Assembly: GCF_000150275.1 (NCBI RefSeq)
Contig: NW_002060945.1
Span: forward strand, 7,330,939 to 7,394,938
DNA from: Trichoplax adhaerens
Taxonomy: Eukaryota; Animalia; Placozoa
Reading direction: 5' to 3'
DNA: 64,000 nucleotides
Shown here piece after piece: positions 15,301 through 28,975 of the stretch (positions within the stretch are counted from its first letter, which is position 1; each line of letters starts with the position of its first letter). The position numbers were made by a program, and so were the translations under genes. The notes beneath the pieces are model-generated. The model was given only the letters and a program-made list of their open reading frames with translations. It made no database searches and was not told the DNA's origin.

Positions 15301-17435
15301 ATGTTAAATGAATTTCCCTCGGTAAAATTCGCATTTACTATAGATTGATCATTTTAAAGGTTATTTCTCATTGTAACATTTGTTTTTCCCATAGTCTTTA
15401 CTATTTGAATATAGCCTTATTATCTTTATGTCATTGGCGACTTGTCTTGTAAATGACGATTCTGCTACTTGCCGAAAAATGAATGCTTTAGCTGTTAGAA
15501 CCCTACTTGAAAAAGTACGCCAATTTTCGTAATTTTATGATTTTTAGCTTAATATACGTCCATACATGTATAGAATGAATGAGATAATAATCTGTTGTCT
15601 TACTTGAAGATGGATGTGACTCATTTAAATGAATTATTGGAATTAGTTATATCTTGGCTGAAAGGTCACCGGGTAAGATATTATAATAACGATGAGCCGG
15701 TTTTATTTCAATATTTGTAACTTTAATAAGAGTCTTCTGTACCTGCACGTAATTCTAGGTCATTCATCAGCGATTAGCTCTGCAATTACTGGGTATATTC
15801 GCCGAATGTCAAAGCGACTTCTTAGAAAAACGACTAAAGGATGTTTTGCCTTTGGTATTAGCTTTAGCCAAGGACGGTGACTATGAACAGGTAAAAATTT
15901 TAGACTCCTTCTATACGATCTTTTTAGACATAAAAAATAAATGTTTATCTTGTGTTACATTAACAATAACCATCTTTTGTTTGAGATAGTCCGATAATTT
16001 GGATCATGAGAATATTCGTATCCAAGATTCTCGATGCTATTACCTGATAAATACCCTGCAAAAAATTAGTGATAAATATGATTTAACCAACGATAAGTAT
16101 CAAGGTTACATAACATCGCTTTGGGGTAAGATTTACAATTTGTGCTTTAACTGTTCTTATTGTTTGTTATGTGTGTTACAATATTATGTTGGATGACTTG
16201 CATACAAAGTAAACCAGAGTGTATTTAAATTTCATGTTTAATTCATTGATCCTGCTATGTAAGAATTTATAATCGATAATTTTTTTTATCATCAGATTGT
16301 ATCATATTTTCGCTGGAATATCCGCACATGTGGGTGCGTTTAACTGGCTGCCAGTTGATAGGGTTCATATTTTCCCGATGCAAGCCTGATAAAGCTATCC
16401 ATTGTAAAACTTTTCTAATAAGTCATTTACTGGAAGAGGACACGACGGCTAAATTGCAAAGTCTAATTAAAATCTTCATTTCTCAATTAAAATCAAAGTA
16501 TTTAGATTCTGCCTTAGCTGACCAAGTATGACATCACTTTAAATTTACGAATTTGGAAATTTTTTTACGTATTTTAAGCTATGCTACTTTTCGCGCGGTT
16601 GACCTAGGTGACCAAGAATCTTATCTACATTTGCAAAGTAATACAATCGATGAGTGATTCTAAACAAGAAGATCTATCTTTTAAAAATATTCTCGAAAGT
16701 ATGTGTAAAATCGCTCGATTGGAATCTGGAAATACTCCGAAAAGCGTGCAAAAGGTTGGCTTCAATACAAACATATTATTTTATGTTCTAGACTACTATT
16801 CTATGCTATAACATTGTAACTATAATGGCGTTTACTTGCAACAGAGGTCTTGTGTAATTAAATGGATTGCAGCTATGGTCTTGGATTTAGATTACGATGT
16901 TCTTATAAGTAATCTCTCGATTCTATTGCAACCATTACAAAAAGAGAGTTCTTCAACCACTTCAAGTGAGTTTAATATCATTTTCACATTATAGTATGGT
17001 GTCATTATCATAAATGCAAGAGGGTAAGTTTTGTTAAAATGCTTGTATTTCTTAGGTGAAGAATTAAAAATTTTATGCGATGAAATTGTGGGAATGATTA
17101 AAAAACGTTGTGATCCAGATAAATTTGCTATGGCTTATAGCAGTTCACACCAAACTATAAATGAAAAGAAGTTAAATAGAAAGAGACAAAAGGCCTTTGA
17201 GGTTAAAAAATTCAAGCTTGTTTCCATACTTGTAAGGGCAATGGCCCTTTGTTCTAAATTTTATTAATTAAATTTATGTACATATTGAAACATCTAGGCC
17301 GTTGCTAACCCACAAATTAGTGCTCAGAAACGATTAAAACGAAATTTACGAAAGAAAGAAAGTAGAAAGCGCAAGATGTATTTGTACAAACCAGAAAAAC
17401 TTATTTCCAAACGTAAAAAACTAGATCAATCATAA
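399..17435 (+). CDS. UTP20: U3 snoRNP / small-subunit processome component 20 (large HEAT-repeat protein), multi-exon
   Basis: Exon 1 399-452 (MVKKRMKSLKDSMETRFK, GTAAG donor) joins exon 1922-2002 (FKGFHERIASIRIDVIHR), then DAETFFMEALFKWTDLN and LVVNFARDLQSDFYPYF. Later motifs include DLDFFENVRHLQ, ELRTTLARGYQ and VRLQCRQ. The last exon AVANPQISAQKRLKRNLRKKESRKRK ends in TAA at 17433-17435. These match recognised UTP20 motifs. Not every internal junction was checked. Confidence 0.95.
866..1375. repeat. Tandem repeat, ~170-bp unit x3, in UTP20 intron 1
   Basis: Unit TGATATAAAATAATCAATATATACGAGCCTACC...GCCTGCGCTACAGGC...GTATTCATGAC starts at 866, 1039 and 1208. Confidence 0.95.
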
Positions 17436-17527
17436 TTATTCCTGATTAAAGAATTTCTGTGGTATCCTTTGTTACATTAGAATAATATCCAAAAGACAGT
17501 TATTACGTTTATTGAACTCCATTTTGG

Positions 17528-20500
17528 CTAATTCGACATTTTCATTATTCGCTTTAAATTACGAATTAGGGCATGTATAAATTCCAATCTTGATTTATCT
17601 TTTCCATAAATCTATTTATGTTAAGAGTGCAACATACAATACGATAAGCATGTTAAAATAGTCTGCAATATTGTGTACGAAGATGTATGATATATGTACA
17701 GTAGTATTAATTAACTTTAAAGTAAAGAGTAACACTAAAATATGGAAAATAAACGTTAATAATTTTCTTACGTCTTCAATTTCATTCATCTTTTTCAATA
17801 TCGAATCGTTTAAGCATAACGGAGCATCATTTTTAATCTATAAGAGAAATTAGGTCCAAAACTATTGCAACATATGCAACTGATAACGTGATATTTATTA
17901 ACTGCAAATCAAGGATACATTGAACAAACCTGTTCATATTCTTCTTTTGTAATTCTTTCACTATCTGACTTTAAGCTATTTTCATCTTCATTTATACTGC
18001 TACGCGGTAGAGAGATATCTAGCAGTTTCAATAAAAATCCTCAAGCGATTATTGTTTAATACTAAGGAATAGACATAGTTTACTGAATAATAATCGAACA
18101 TCAGGTCGAATATGAAGTTATACTCGTGTACCGTGCAATTTTCTTAGCTTAGAGGGTATTTCTGCGCGACGAGATATCAGCACACCGGTGTATTCGTCTA
18201 ATGTCGGACATCGGAAAAAGAAATATTCTAGGTGATGCCAGACAACATACAGCGAATTTTCGATAATATCTAGAAAACTTCAGCTAAGAATGCAATCACT
18301 TCATCTAATAAAGTTTATTGGATAGCAATTTAGGGAAGAATTATTTTTAAATTTAAAATAGTTAGTAATCATTTGCTGTTAAATAAAGGATACAAAAGTA
18401 ATTTGTTATTTCTTTTCCTTTGTTATTAACTACTTTCGTCATCAAGGTATATATGAATTGATGACGATTCTTGTTTAATCTTCCCTCAAGCATCAGGATC
18501 ATGTCTTCTGGTAGAAACTGTGAGAAAAGAGAATTAAACATCGTATTGCAATGTTGTATATGAATGGCATTTGAAATGCGGTCTTACATCTTTCCACTCT
18601 TCACTCATTAAATCAGCTGAGTTATTCCATTTATAGAGATATTTTTTATAAACATCGAAAGTGACACTAAAATTGTCTACACAGTCTTTAAGCAACTGTA
18701 TTAAAATGCTTAAGTCAGGCCATTGGGATGGTTTCTTAAGTTGAGATAACCCTGTGTCGAAGTTAAAAGTGCGAGTGTTATTTTATAGACAATTGAAACC
18801 ATATCGGTAGAAAAAGATGCCTTTTGTATTTTTAACCTTTCCGAACAGCGCTTAGTTCAGGTGGTACCGCTTTAGTTAGCGATGGCGAAAAGCAGGCTGA
18901 TCCGTAAATAGCTGTGCCTGAAAGAATAAGACACTTATTCAAGATCAGATTATTTACGTCACGACAATAATTGTTGTTGTATACCAGTTAAAGTCGCTCG
19001 ACAATAGGCAGTGATATTTAGGCAGATTTGTTGTAACAATAACTTAATTTCTTGCTTGCAAATTTCCTGACTACTTTCTATTAGGGGATTTGAGTAGCCA
19101 TGATTATTAATTACTGACGCTCTTTTAATATATTGATTCCATTGTTGGTGAGAACAGAAGCGAGGAATCAGAGATAGCACGTTCTTTCGAAGTTGAAGTA
19201 AAAAATTTCTATAATGTTTCTGAAAAAAATTGATGATGACATATTGATTATTATTAGCTTCCAGAAATTTAATCATAATCATAAAACGATATGCTTACTT
19301 GCTCATCATGATCACTTGCAGTAAAGTGTGAATACCAAGTTGAGCTGCCTTCACCAATGTGGTATATAACAGTACTAATTAATGATAACTGCTTCAGCGA
19401 CATCAATGAGACGTTTATATTGTCATTACGAAGGGTAGCATAAAAAATGCTGAGATTCTGGCGAACAAAGTTCAATATCTACAGTTTTAAAAAAATAGTT
19501 CGTTAAAGTTAATTTTATCAAAATTTTAAATCAGTGATGTCGCTGGAATACCTGTGAATAAGCTTCACGATGTTTGGAGCCCAACGACGAGAAGATTGAT
19601 AGAATAATTTCCAATATAGGAAATAACATCTGACGATGTCTGTCAACAGCGTCCGGTGTAAAAAATTCATCATCATCTGCGGTTCTAAAGAGTAAACAAT
19701 CAAAGGTAATTAACATGCATCTAGTTACAAAGTAAAAATATTATGGTATTACCCTTCAGCCACAATTAACTGCTCAGGGGGTTTAGTGGTATAGAATTTA
19801 CATTCTGTGAGCATTGGTATTATTCCCGAGCGCAAAATTGCTTCAGCGCCGCGTTCATACGAAGCAATTCGTGCGAGAAGAGCCTAATCAAAATAATATA
19901 TGTGTCAATGGATAGTGCTCAGGCCAATTTATAAACTATCATAAAAGTATTGTAAATTAACCATTTTAGATTCATATATGTATAAAGGTTTCATTGAAAT
20001 CGGAGTTGATACGGTTAGTGTCTGAAGAATTTCATCACTTCGCACGACGCCTTCAATAAAATGCCGTAAATATCCTTTTACATCGAGGTAATCAATCCAA
20101 CGTTTCTGCCAGTCCATTGAAACAATAACGTCCAGTACAGTAAACGCCAGGGTCTAGTAAAAGTGAAAATTCTATTAGATGAACATCGTAACATGATGAA
20201 AATAAGTTAACGGTACCATTCCTATGTCAGGAGCATCGCACGCATCCCGACAAATGACATCCATTATAATATCTCCGTAACTGTACAGAACCGACATATC
20301 GTCATTTCCGTTTCTCTTGGAATCTGAATATTATAAAAAGTTTTAATACATCACATACGCGAAAGCCGCATTTAATATTTTAAATTGATACCTGAAGATT
20401 TCGATGCTTCCAATGATATTTGAAGGTAATGTAGAAGGGCAACGTATAAATTCATGCGAACTCTTTGCTGTTTACCACTTGAACGAAGGATAAAGTCAAG

Positions 20501-23500
20501 AATGCCTTTTAAAATATCTCGAAAAGTTGAAAATGAGAGTGGATCTTCTAGAAATAAGAATTGCAAAGATCATCGTTACTAGTCATGATTGATCCATTCG
20601 CTAGGCTTACTGTTTTCTTATATTTACCAGCTTTACTATTAATAGAAGATTCTAAACCAACTGGAGTATCCCTCATCCTAAATGAAGCTAATTTACGAAA
20701 TTGTGCCATTAGGGCCAAGACAACGCCAGCAGCTGGGGCTTGAATTTCCAGCATTGCACCATCTCTACAACACTGGTTAACAAAATAGTCATCGATCATT
20801 TATAACATATAATAAAGATTTTCTCGAGCAGAATATATCTATTGTACAACTTTAATACACACCCGATCAAGTATCTCCTGCAGTAATCGCAATAATAAAT
20901 CTTCACGCATTTTAGGTTGAAAAAGATCGAATGGGCAGGCTCCAAATATTACTTCAACTACTTCTTGCCAGGCTTCAAATGCTTGTAATTTGGCATACAG
21001 AGCACACTGCCTCTTATTCATGAGAACAACATGTTTCAGTAAAGCTTGGATTTCCTAATTATATAATTGAAAATGCTTCAGCTAATAGTCAAGATTGAAA
21101 TTGTTAATGATAGAAGTTAGATGCCTAACATTATTCAATCGTTCCTTGTCGATAGTAGCTTTACTTAGGATATTGTTGACTTCTTCCTGTAAAATTCGTC
21201 GAAAAAAGTTAATATTACAAATTTTGGCGTTATTTTGACGCCAAACTTGTTGGCATGATTGCACGGCTTGATCCAGCGCTGTTGGATCGAAAAATTCTAA
21301 TTGCAGGTCAGCTTGCATATCCTGCTTCACATTGATACAGTCCAGTAAACAAAATAGCCTAATTTTCTTCTGATGAGTTGTTCTACCAGCTATAAAAATT
21401 TGAAATTTTAGTAAAAATATCAGTAATGCACTGCGATAAATAAATTGTTACGCGAGGCATAAAGATAGATTTCCATTATCAATACTGAAATGCAATGTAT
21501 ATTAATTAATATAATGGAGAAGAGATCGAATGCATTACCGTCAAAACAAGAAAATTCACTAATGAAGGTCTTGCTTTGTAGTGCTGTACTTATACTGCCA
21601 ACATCATCTTCAGTGATATTAGATGAACTGACCAATAATTCAACGAGGTTCTATTGTTGTGAACAATCAGAATTTTCACTTTAGATGAATTACACCTTTA
21701 ATCTTTCGAAAATGAAATCAGCTAAGTTAATTAGACCAGGATTGTATAGCTCGCAAATACTCACCTGAGTATCAGATCTTTGACGGTTTAAAGACGTAGA
21801 TTGTAATTCAAGAGCAATACATTTCAGTAGCCAAGATTGTTGTAATAACACGATGACTTTGAATGGGTCTGGACTATCTGCTTCGTCATGTGTCTGAATA
21901 TCTATTAAGAAAGACAGTATTTTAAAACATTGCAAGACCAAGAAGTTAATCATAGGGTACAAGCGCAGGTTTTTTAATACCGTTGGCAAAAGGCATCCTA
22001 TACAAGTGCTTAGTGAAGAATTCGTGGTTGTTTCTCAAGTATCGTATAGTTGCATTGCAAGTTTCTGTCGATGAACATAATTTATAAATGACATGGTAAC
22101 ACTGTTCAACAATTTGTGGAGGTTCCCTAAAACCGTTGTCCAGATTTCTTTGTAGAATGGTCAAGATTGCATGTAGACATGTATGAGGAGTGCCTAAAAT
22201 TCCTAATGGTACTGCGGCTATTAGTAACACGGAGGATAACAAAATAGAAGTAAAGGGTAGCTTCAAAATATGATATCTGATACTTTTAAGCCTACCTGGG
22301 TCTTGTAGAATTGTTTTGGAAACAGATTTACGAACATCATAACCTAATAGAAAATGAGCCAAACTAGGCGCAGGTAGATCTAGACAGTAAAGTAAAAGTT
22401 CAAGGATGCTTTCGCTCACAGCGGTATGGGTCTGAGTCGTATCTAAAATATTTTCATCTCCTTGAAACAAGACATAAAGTTTAAAGATTGATCGTTCAGA
22501 TATAAAGAATGTCTACCTTTATACAGTCCCTCATCGTTATGAACATATTGTGGCTAACCTTTCTCAATGTATTCTTGATCAAGATCTTGCAAGAAATTCG
22601 GTTCGTTATAGAGCGTTTCTAAGTGTTCCACAAAGCCTTTCATAATTTCAAGTGCAATTTCCTACGGAAATTTTATATTTATAATAGTTAGTTGCATATC
22701 ATAAAATCGATTCTGAATGCTACTACGGAGTACATTTAACTACACAGTAGTAAAGATTACCGGCGTATTGGTCAGGACGGTAATGATATCTGATTGCAAC
22801 ATAGATGAACGACACATATGGTATAATATATTAACAGCTGATAAAGCTAAATTAGGATTTGTATTCCCGTGCGTCAGAAATCTGTAGGGGACAAAAAGAA
22901 CTTATATTATAGTAACTAATAGGGACCAGATAAGCATGATTTAGCATAATCTCTAACCTGGCAATATACAATAAATGATCCGTGCTACGAGTATGCGGAT
23001 TAACATCTAGCAACAATGCACTTAATGGAGTAACAACTAATGATATATCGTATGCACGGAGTATTCGAAATAGCTGCTTTTCCAGATGTAAGCTCAACTC
23101 CATTAACCGTAAAGCATAGAGGGCAGCTTCCTCCAAATAATTTCTTCCAGCTGTATTAATAAGTAGAAACATTACAATACTGGATCGAGTAAAAGTTCAC
23201 GTACAAAGTGTTCCGCACACACATATACATCAATAACGATGTCTATGAAGTCTTACAATAACGTTTTATACTTACAAGTGCTGGAAGCAAGTTCATCAAG
23301 TCCTGTACCAGCAGTATAGGTTACCGATAAAACCTGATTTATAAAAAAATAGTGCATTATAAGTTTATGGTTGTTCGCAATAGTAGCAAGAAAAAAAGGA
23401 ACAATTTGGTTGTACAGAATTATTACCAGTTTTAACATAGGAGTTGGCTGTAACATTCTTAAAAATAGTTCGTGGCCAGGCGGCTTAACTACAGGGCCAG

Positions 23501-26500
23501 TTTGCGTAACTGTGCTGTCGGATTGATTTTCCAAGAAGAACTCGGGGGCTGGTTCATAATTTCGCATGAATTTTTCAAATAGTTTCAACACAAGACTGGC
23601 TACTTGCCACTAAATTTAGAATTTCCCGATTAAGGGTAAAATATTTTAGTAAAATTTCCAATCTTTCAATCGAAATCATCGGATAAATTATTTATTTAAT
23701 AAACCTTTTCACTAGCATCGCGGTACTGCCTAGTACTAAATTTTAAGAAGACATCTTCCAAAAGAAAGTTTAGGTATGGCTGAAAGCCTGGTTCTCTAGC
23801 ACTGATAGTGAAAGTGGATGGATAGTAGGCATCTGTTAAATTGTCCAATAAAGTTATGAAAGCTCTGGTTTCAGGATAGGTTTCATGCTTTGATTCAATC
23901 TCGACTAATTCAGCCTAATTTAAATCATAGCAATACATTATAATTAGCTAAGCCTTTTATATTATATGCTGCATGTATTTAGTATCAATAATAAATAGTG
24001 TTACAAACCTCTATACCAGTTTTACGATTCTCATTTGAATTCGTACGTATGATCTAATTAATATTGTTACCGAAGTATGAATTAGTAATATGTACAACAA
24101 TTAGCATAAATAGACCCATACAACGTACTTGAGAAGATTCCAGGTATTGCCATACACTAGGAGCAATTTCCTGAGATTTAGCAAAACCTGCTAAAGTAAG
24201 TAGTATTTCTGCTTTTAATGTAAACGGAACTACGCAGCTCAGTAGGCCGAATAATACTGGCATAGGCATGTAATGTTGATTTTCGTATAAAGCCATACGA
24301 GCTGTTTCATCCTAATAGTTATTATTATGAGAAAGCCGATAGTAATAAGTGAGATTGGTATTGCTAAGGATAGACATATAATGATATCTTCAAGATTGAC
24401 ATTTTTCATTAAGCTTACTTGTCCAATTATACGCTGCATTAAGCGTAATATCGCTTCAAGACCTGCCAGTTCTTCAGGAGTAATTTGATGAATCTGCTGT
24501 GATTGACTGGATACTGATCGTGATACAGATTCATTTAAACTGACATAATAGCTGTAAGATTGTGAACATAAAATAGGAATTTGAATCTTGACGAATATTC
24601 AAAATCGATTGCATAAAATTACCGATCACCTTTTAAAGGAGTAAAATACATGATCCCACGATACAGAAGCTCCACCTCCATGGCCTGAACTATTACTTTT
24701 CAGTAAAAGGTAACAAAAATAAGCAGCTTGTGGTCCAGTAGCTAAGCCCATTAACATTTCAACGTATGGGACGTACAGGAAAGCCGGTAGTAAATCGCCC
24801 GCGAGTCTAACAAATTTGAAGAGGTTGACCTAATTGGCGAGAAAGTTTTAACATAAGAGACAAACTTTGTAGATAGTAAGCCTAACAATACAAAGGCTAG
24901 GTTAGAAAAAAATTTGGCTTACTTGTCGATAGGAAGGTCTACCGCGATAGCTAACACCCATCGAGGTAGCTCCATAAGTTGTTCCGATATCTGTTTGACA
25001 CCAATATTCTAAATTGAGTTGTAAATTAAGGGGATCTGTCTTGTACAATTCACCAATCTGTCAGTTGTTTAAATGAAGTATAAATATATGCATGATCAAT
25101 ATCAAATTATTTTTTAATATATTATATATTATCTTTATCAAAGAAACATTGTTGAATATTTAAAATGAGATCGGACCAAATAAAGAAAGTCGGAAAATTC
25201 CGTTCTTAAATCAGTCGGTTCTCTATTTCCTTCTTGTATAGTAGCTTGCTGGATTCTAGCACTTTCATCGGCTCCATTTCTAAATTCCTTGATCTAACGA
25301 TATGTGTATATAATTTGTTGTATATTACAGTAAAAATAAACAAGAATGCACCAATCCTGAATAGGGAACATATCTACTGATTAATAACCTTTAATGGCAT
25401 AAGAATGATGATACCAGTAATTAGAGAATGTATCCGTCTGACAAGAAATTCCTTATATAATATAGAATTAATAATAATTTATATTTGTTAAAACACACAT
25501 TATTGTGATTATAGAAACTTTGTAATGTTGATTGTAAAAAATTTTTATTACCTCATTATAAAAAGCTTTCGATTTGATAACTTTATGACGCAAAAAGCGG
25601 AGAGCTCCGATGCGTACTGCATACTCCATAATGACTTCGTCGTCTTCCAATATTTCAGGGTTGTCTAGGTTGATAGTAGTCTGCTGAGAGCAGACACGTA
25701 AAACTAGAGACCACGCCATTAGAATAACTCCTCTTAGACCTTCATCTTCCCAACTTGCACTAGCACTAAGTAGTGCGTGCATTTCAGGTAAAAATGTTGC
25801 ATCGTTAACAAGTGGATGAGAAGTATCTATAGAAAGATAACCCAAAGGATGGTGATAATGATGTAACTGTAAGATGTTGATAATCCTTGACAAGGATTTT
25901 ATCAACTTTATCAAGGTAATTTCATTACAAGGATAGCACTAACCAGAAGGGATATTCTCATTTTCACCGGTACCGAATGCTTCAAAATCGATACAATTTA
26001 GAGTCGTTGCTAACATGAATACATCTACTGCGTTCAAGGTATCATCAGTAGTCCTTGGTTTATAATTTCTTACATATTCTATCATCTTCAAGGAATCATT
26101 CTTAGATAATGGCTTATAGAAAGACCATATAAACAAGCATTCAGCTAGCGATATGGTATATTCTAGTCAAGACATAATAATAAGCTGTTAGATATTGTTC
26201 ATTAGTTTAAAAATAATCACCGATAAACTACTTTATAAATAAGAATCTTATAAAAGAGTAGAATAATACAATTTTTGAATGATATTATGGAACAAGATCC
26301 GTAGTCCCTGGTTGGTATTGGAACTGATGAATAATATGCAAGCAGAAATTTAGAACATTGCGAGCATTACCTTCAAGGATACCAATAAGTTGTAGTCTAT
26401 ATTTGATAGTTTGCGTTGATTGATCTGTTAGAATTTTGGTAATGATATTATCGATGTTTAAAGTTTTAAGGGAATCCATTATTTTAGCAGTTATTCCTAT

Positions 26501-28144
26501 AGCATCAAGAAAGGAAAATATCTTAACAAGGTAGTTTAAGAGCGAAAGCTGAGTTGGTTGAATGGAGATGAATATACTGCTATAGCAATTTGTTTGGATG
26601 ATAATATTAAGGTTGTAGCGTAACAAAGTTAAAAGAATGAGATCATGTTAAAATCATTTAACGTATCACTAATGACAGTTGAGATTAGTGGATTGTATTT
26701 ATCCAGTATTACCTTCATCCATAAGATCATTAGTATATTTAGCAACTAATTGGATAAATTCTTCACCCAGATCAGAGTCATTAGAGCCATCAAATCTCCA
26801 TTGAATGAGCGATCGTAAAGAATAGGAAAGACAGCGGCAACCATCGTAATACAGTATTATAGCTAAAGGTAAACGTTGTAATCCAGGAAAACGTGGTTTC
26901 TGATGTTCACTAGCTAAGAGTAACTCCATGGAAGCATATTCGTTTAAATCTAAAATATCGCTTAAATTAAGAGCTTCTTCGATGAAAGACTGACTGAAAA
27001 TGCGTGGAACTGGTTCGCCATAGACTTGAATGCCAGAAGTAGCGCCATGTTCTTTGATATTTTTTCGGTCTAATGCACTTCTCCTCTGTTAGGAAATAGT
27101 CATAACAAGTTTATCATTTAAAGCTGTTATTTTGACATGATCGAATTATGCAAAGTGTTGGAATGATATGCTACGGTATAGCCATGTTCCAATCGTGGTT
27201 GGCTGAGTGTAGCGTCTATATCTCTCGTATAGTACAGTACATAGGTAGTTGGAAGTTGCGCTATATGCAGTATTGCCTGCATCAAGGTAAATTTGAGTTG
27301 AATTGATTTGTATCATGGCGCCTGGTATATCGATCGATTGATACGACTGTTGCATAAGTTTTTAAGTATTTTTACGCCTACTGTAGAATGGTCAATTTAT
27401 TGACTTGATGCAAGTTGTCTGTAGTTGAATAATTTTATTCTGTACAATAGCAAGATATTATTTTCTATCCTTGCTTATGTGGCTATTATTTTCTATCCTT
27501 GCTTATGTGGCTATTATTTTCTATCCTCGCTTATCTGGCTATTATTTTCTATCCTTACTTATACGGGATTAGACTAATGTAGATCAAATCATTGAAAAGG
27601 ATGACAGAAAAGTGCTTATGACACTTAAAATGTTGTATCATCGTTAAAAGAGATGCTACATAATGAACTAACCGTTGAGGAGAAGAGAGATAACAACTGA
27701 GGTTTATATTTTTTCAGTACTGTTTCAAATTCATGGTAATCCGGTAGCTTGTCCAAAGTCAACGTCGATTCGACAATATGCCAAATTTCTTTACTGGGAC
27801 CCCAAACTATATATTGTTGGATAGATTGGCAAGAAATGAATGAGTATGATGTATGCTAGACAAAAAATGATTGCATCATTCTACTAGTATCGTCGATGAA
27901 AGAAGACTGTCATTTTGCAGCCTATCCAGCATCTCGATACATGAAGTCATTGGTTGATAGCTAGTTCAAGTGAAATGTTAACTTTCTTTAAAATACGTTC
28001 ATCTTAAAGTGCTTCAAGACAATTTGTACATGTCTATCCATAAATGATGATGGAATCAATATCAATAAAATGATCATTTTAATTTGAGCAAAGAAGAGAA
28101 TTGATTACTGTTGTACCTCCTCGAACTTGAGTGGAGACCGCCAT
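17528..28144 (-). CDS. NUP205: Nuclear pore complex protein Nup205, multi-exon
   Basis: ATG at 28144 (MAVSTQVRG) splices to VWGPSKEIWHIVES...LKKYKPQLLSLF. Other motifs: ELLLASEHQKPRFPGLQRLPLAIILYYDG, PAPSLAHFLLGYD and IIENSLYVVWHHLEY. The final exon IYGKDKSRLEFIHALIRNLKRIMKMSN ends in TAG at 17530-17528. All resemble metazoan Nup205. Confidence 0.95.
18270..18393 (-). other. Probable U12-type (minor spliceosome) GT-AG intron in NUP205
   Basis: The minus-strand donor reads GTATCCTTT. Removing the intron keeps frame (KEITNYF-Y-IIENSL). A weak branch-like TTCTTAGC lies just upstream of the AG. Confidence 0.75.
27456..27563. repeat. Minisatellite, 28-bp unit x~4, in NUP205 intron 2
   Basis: TATTATTTTCTATCCTTGCTTATGTGGC starts at 27456, 27484, 27512 and 27540. 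Confidence 0.95.
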
Positions 28145-28975
28145 TCTTGGAGCTCAATTGGCTTGGATTGTAAGTGCTTGCAGGCTGCGGGCTGGTAGCG
28201 CAGTCGTGCAGGGCCATCTACAGTACCCAGCTCAGTAGAGTACAGTGCAGTGCAGTAGGGTACAGTACAGTACAGTACAGTGGAGTAAAGTACTGTACAC
28301 TGTACTGTACAGCCATGAACCACTAGAAATACAGTACCGTACAGTATGGCACTACGGCTGCGGGCTGGTGGCGCCTGCGCAGTCGTGCAGGGCCATCTAC
28401 TGTACTGTACTGTACTGCACTGTACACTGTACAGTATTCTTCTAGTAGTCTTTGCTATAGGCTAGCAGTTTGATATTGTCCTGCGCAGTAGAGTATTACC
28501 TGTGTGAGTACAGTGATTTTCTTCACCTGTACTGTACACTGTACAGTACAGTAGTGGACTGTACAGTACAGTACTGTACTGTACGACTGTGTGAGACTGA
28601 AATCGTCTCCATCAGAATTGGACAACGACGACTTATTGTACTGTACACTAGTGACATTACTTTTGTTGGAGACTGCTGTATTTGGAGATTTGGAGCGATT
28701 AGCCTTTATATACAAGTGTACAACTTTTGTAATGTACTCAACGTTGTGTACCATGAGTGCATCGATTATTACAAAAATGATGTCACTATTTGGTACGTCA
28801 AGTACACAAGGGGCTATTATCAATAGACTGTTTGGTGTAAAATAGAAATGGCCATTTTTTGAAACCATAGAAAATACTAGTCATGACAGGATACGCATCA
28901 ATGAATTGAGGAATTCATTATTTATCCATCCATTAAGGTTAATCTACAACGACAGAGTCGCTGTCCTCTCCTGTA

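Noticed and set aside
16587-16598. E2F-like TTTTCGCGCGG
   Set aside because: It sits in a short 3' intron of UTP20, far from any promoter, and is likely chance.
26375-26383. Second GTATCCTT U12-like donor on the minus strand in NUP205
   Set aside because: It lies in coding sequence (IGILE). The GTAATG donor 9 nt further on gives a length-matched alignment to the remembered Nup205 sequence.
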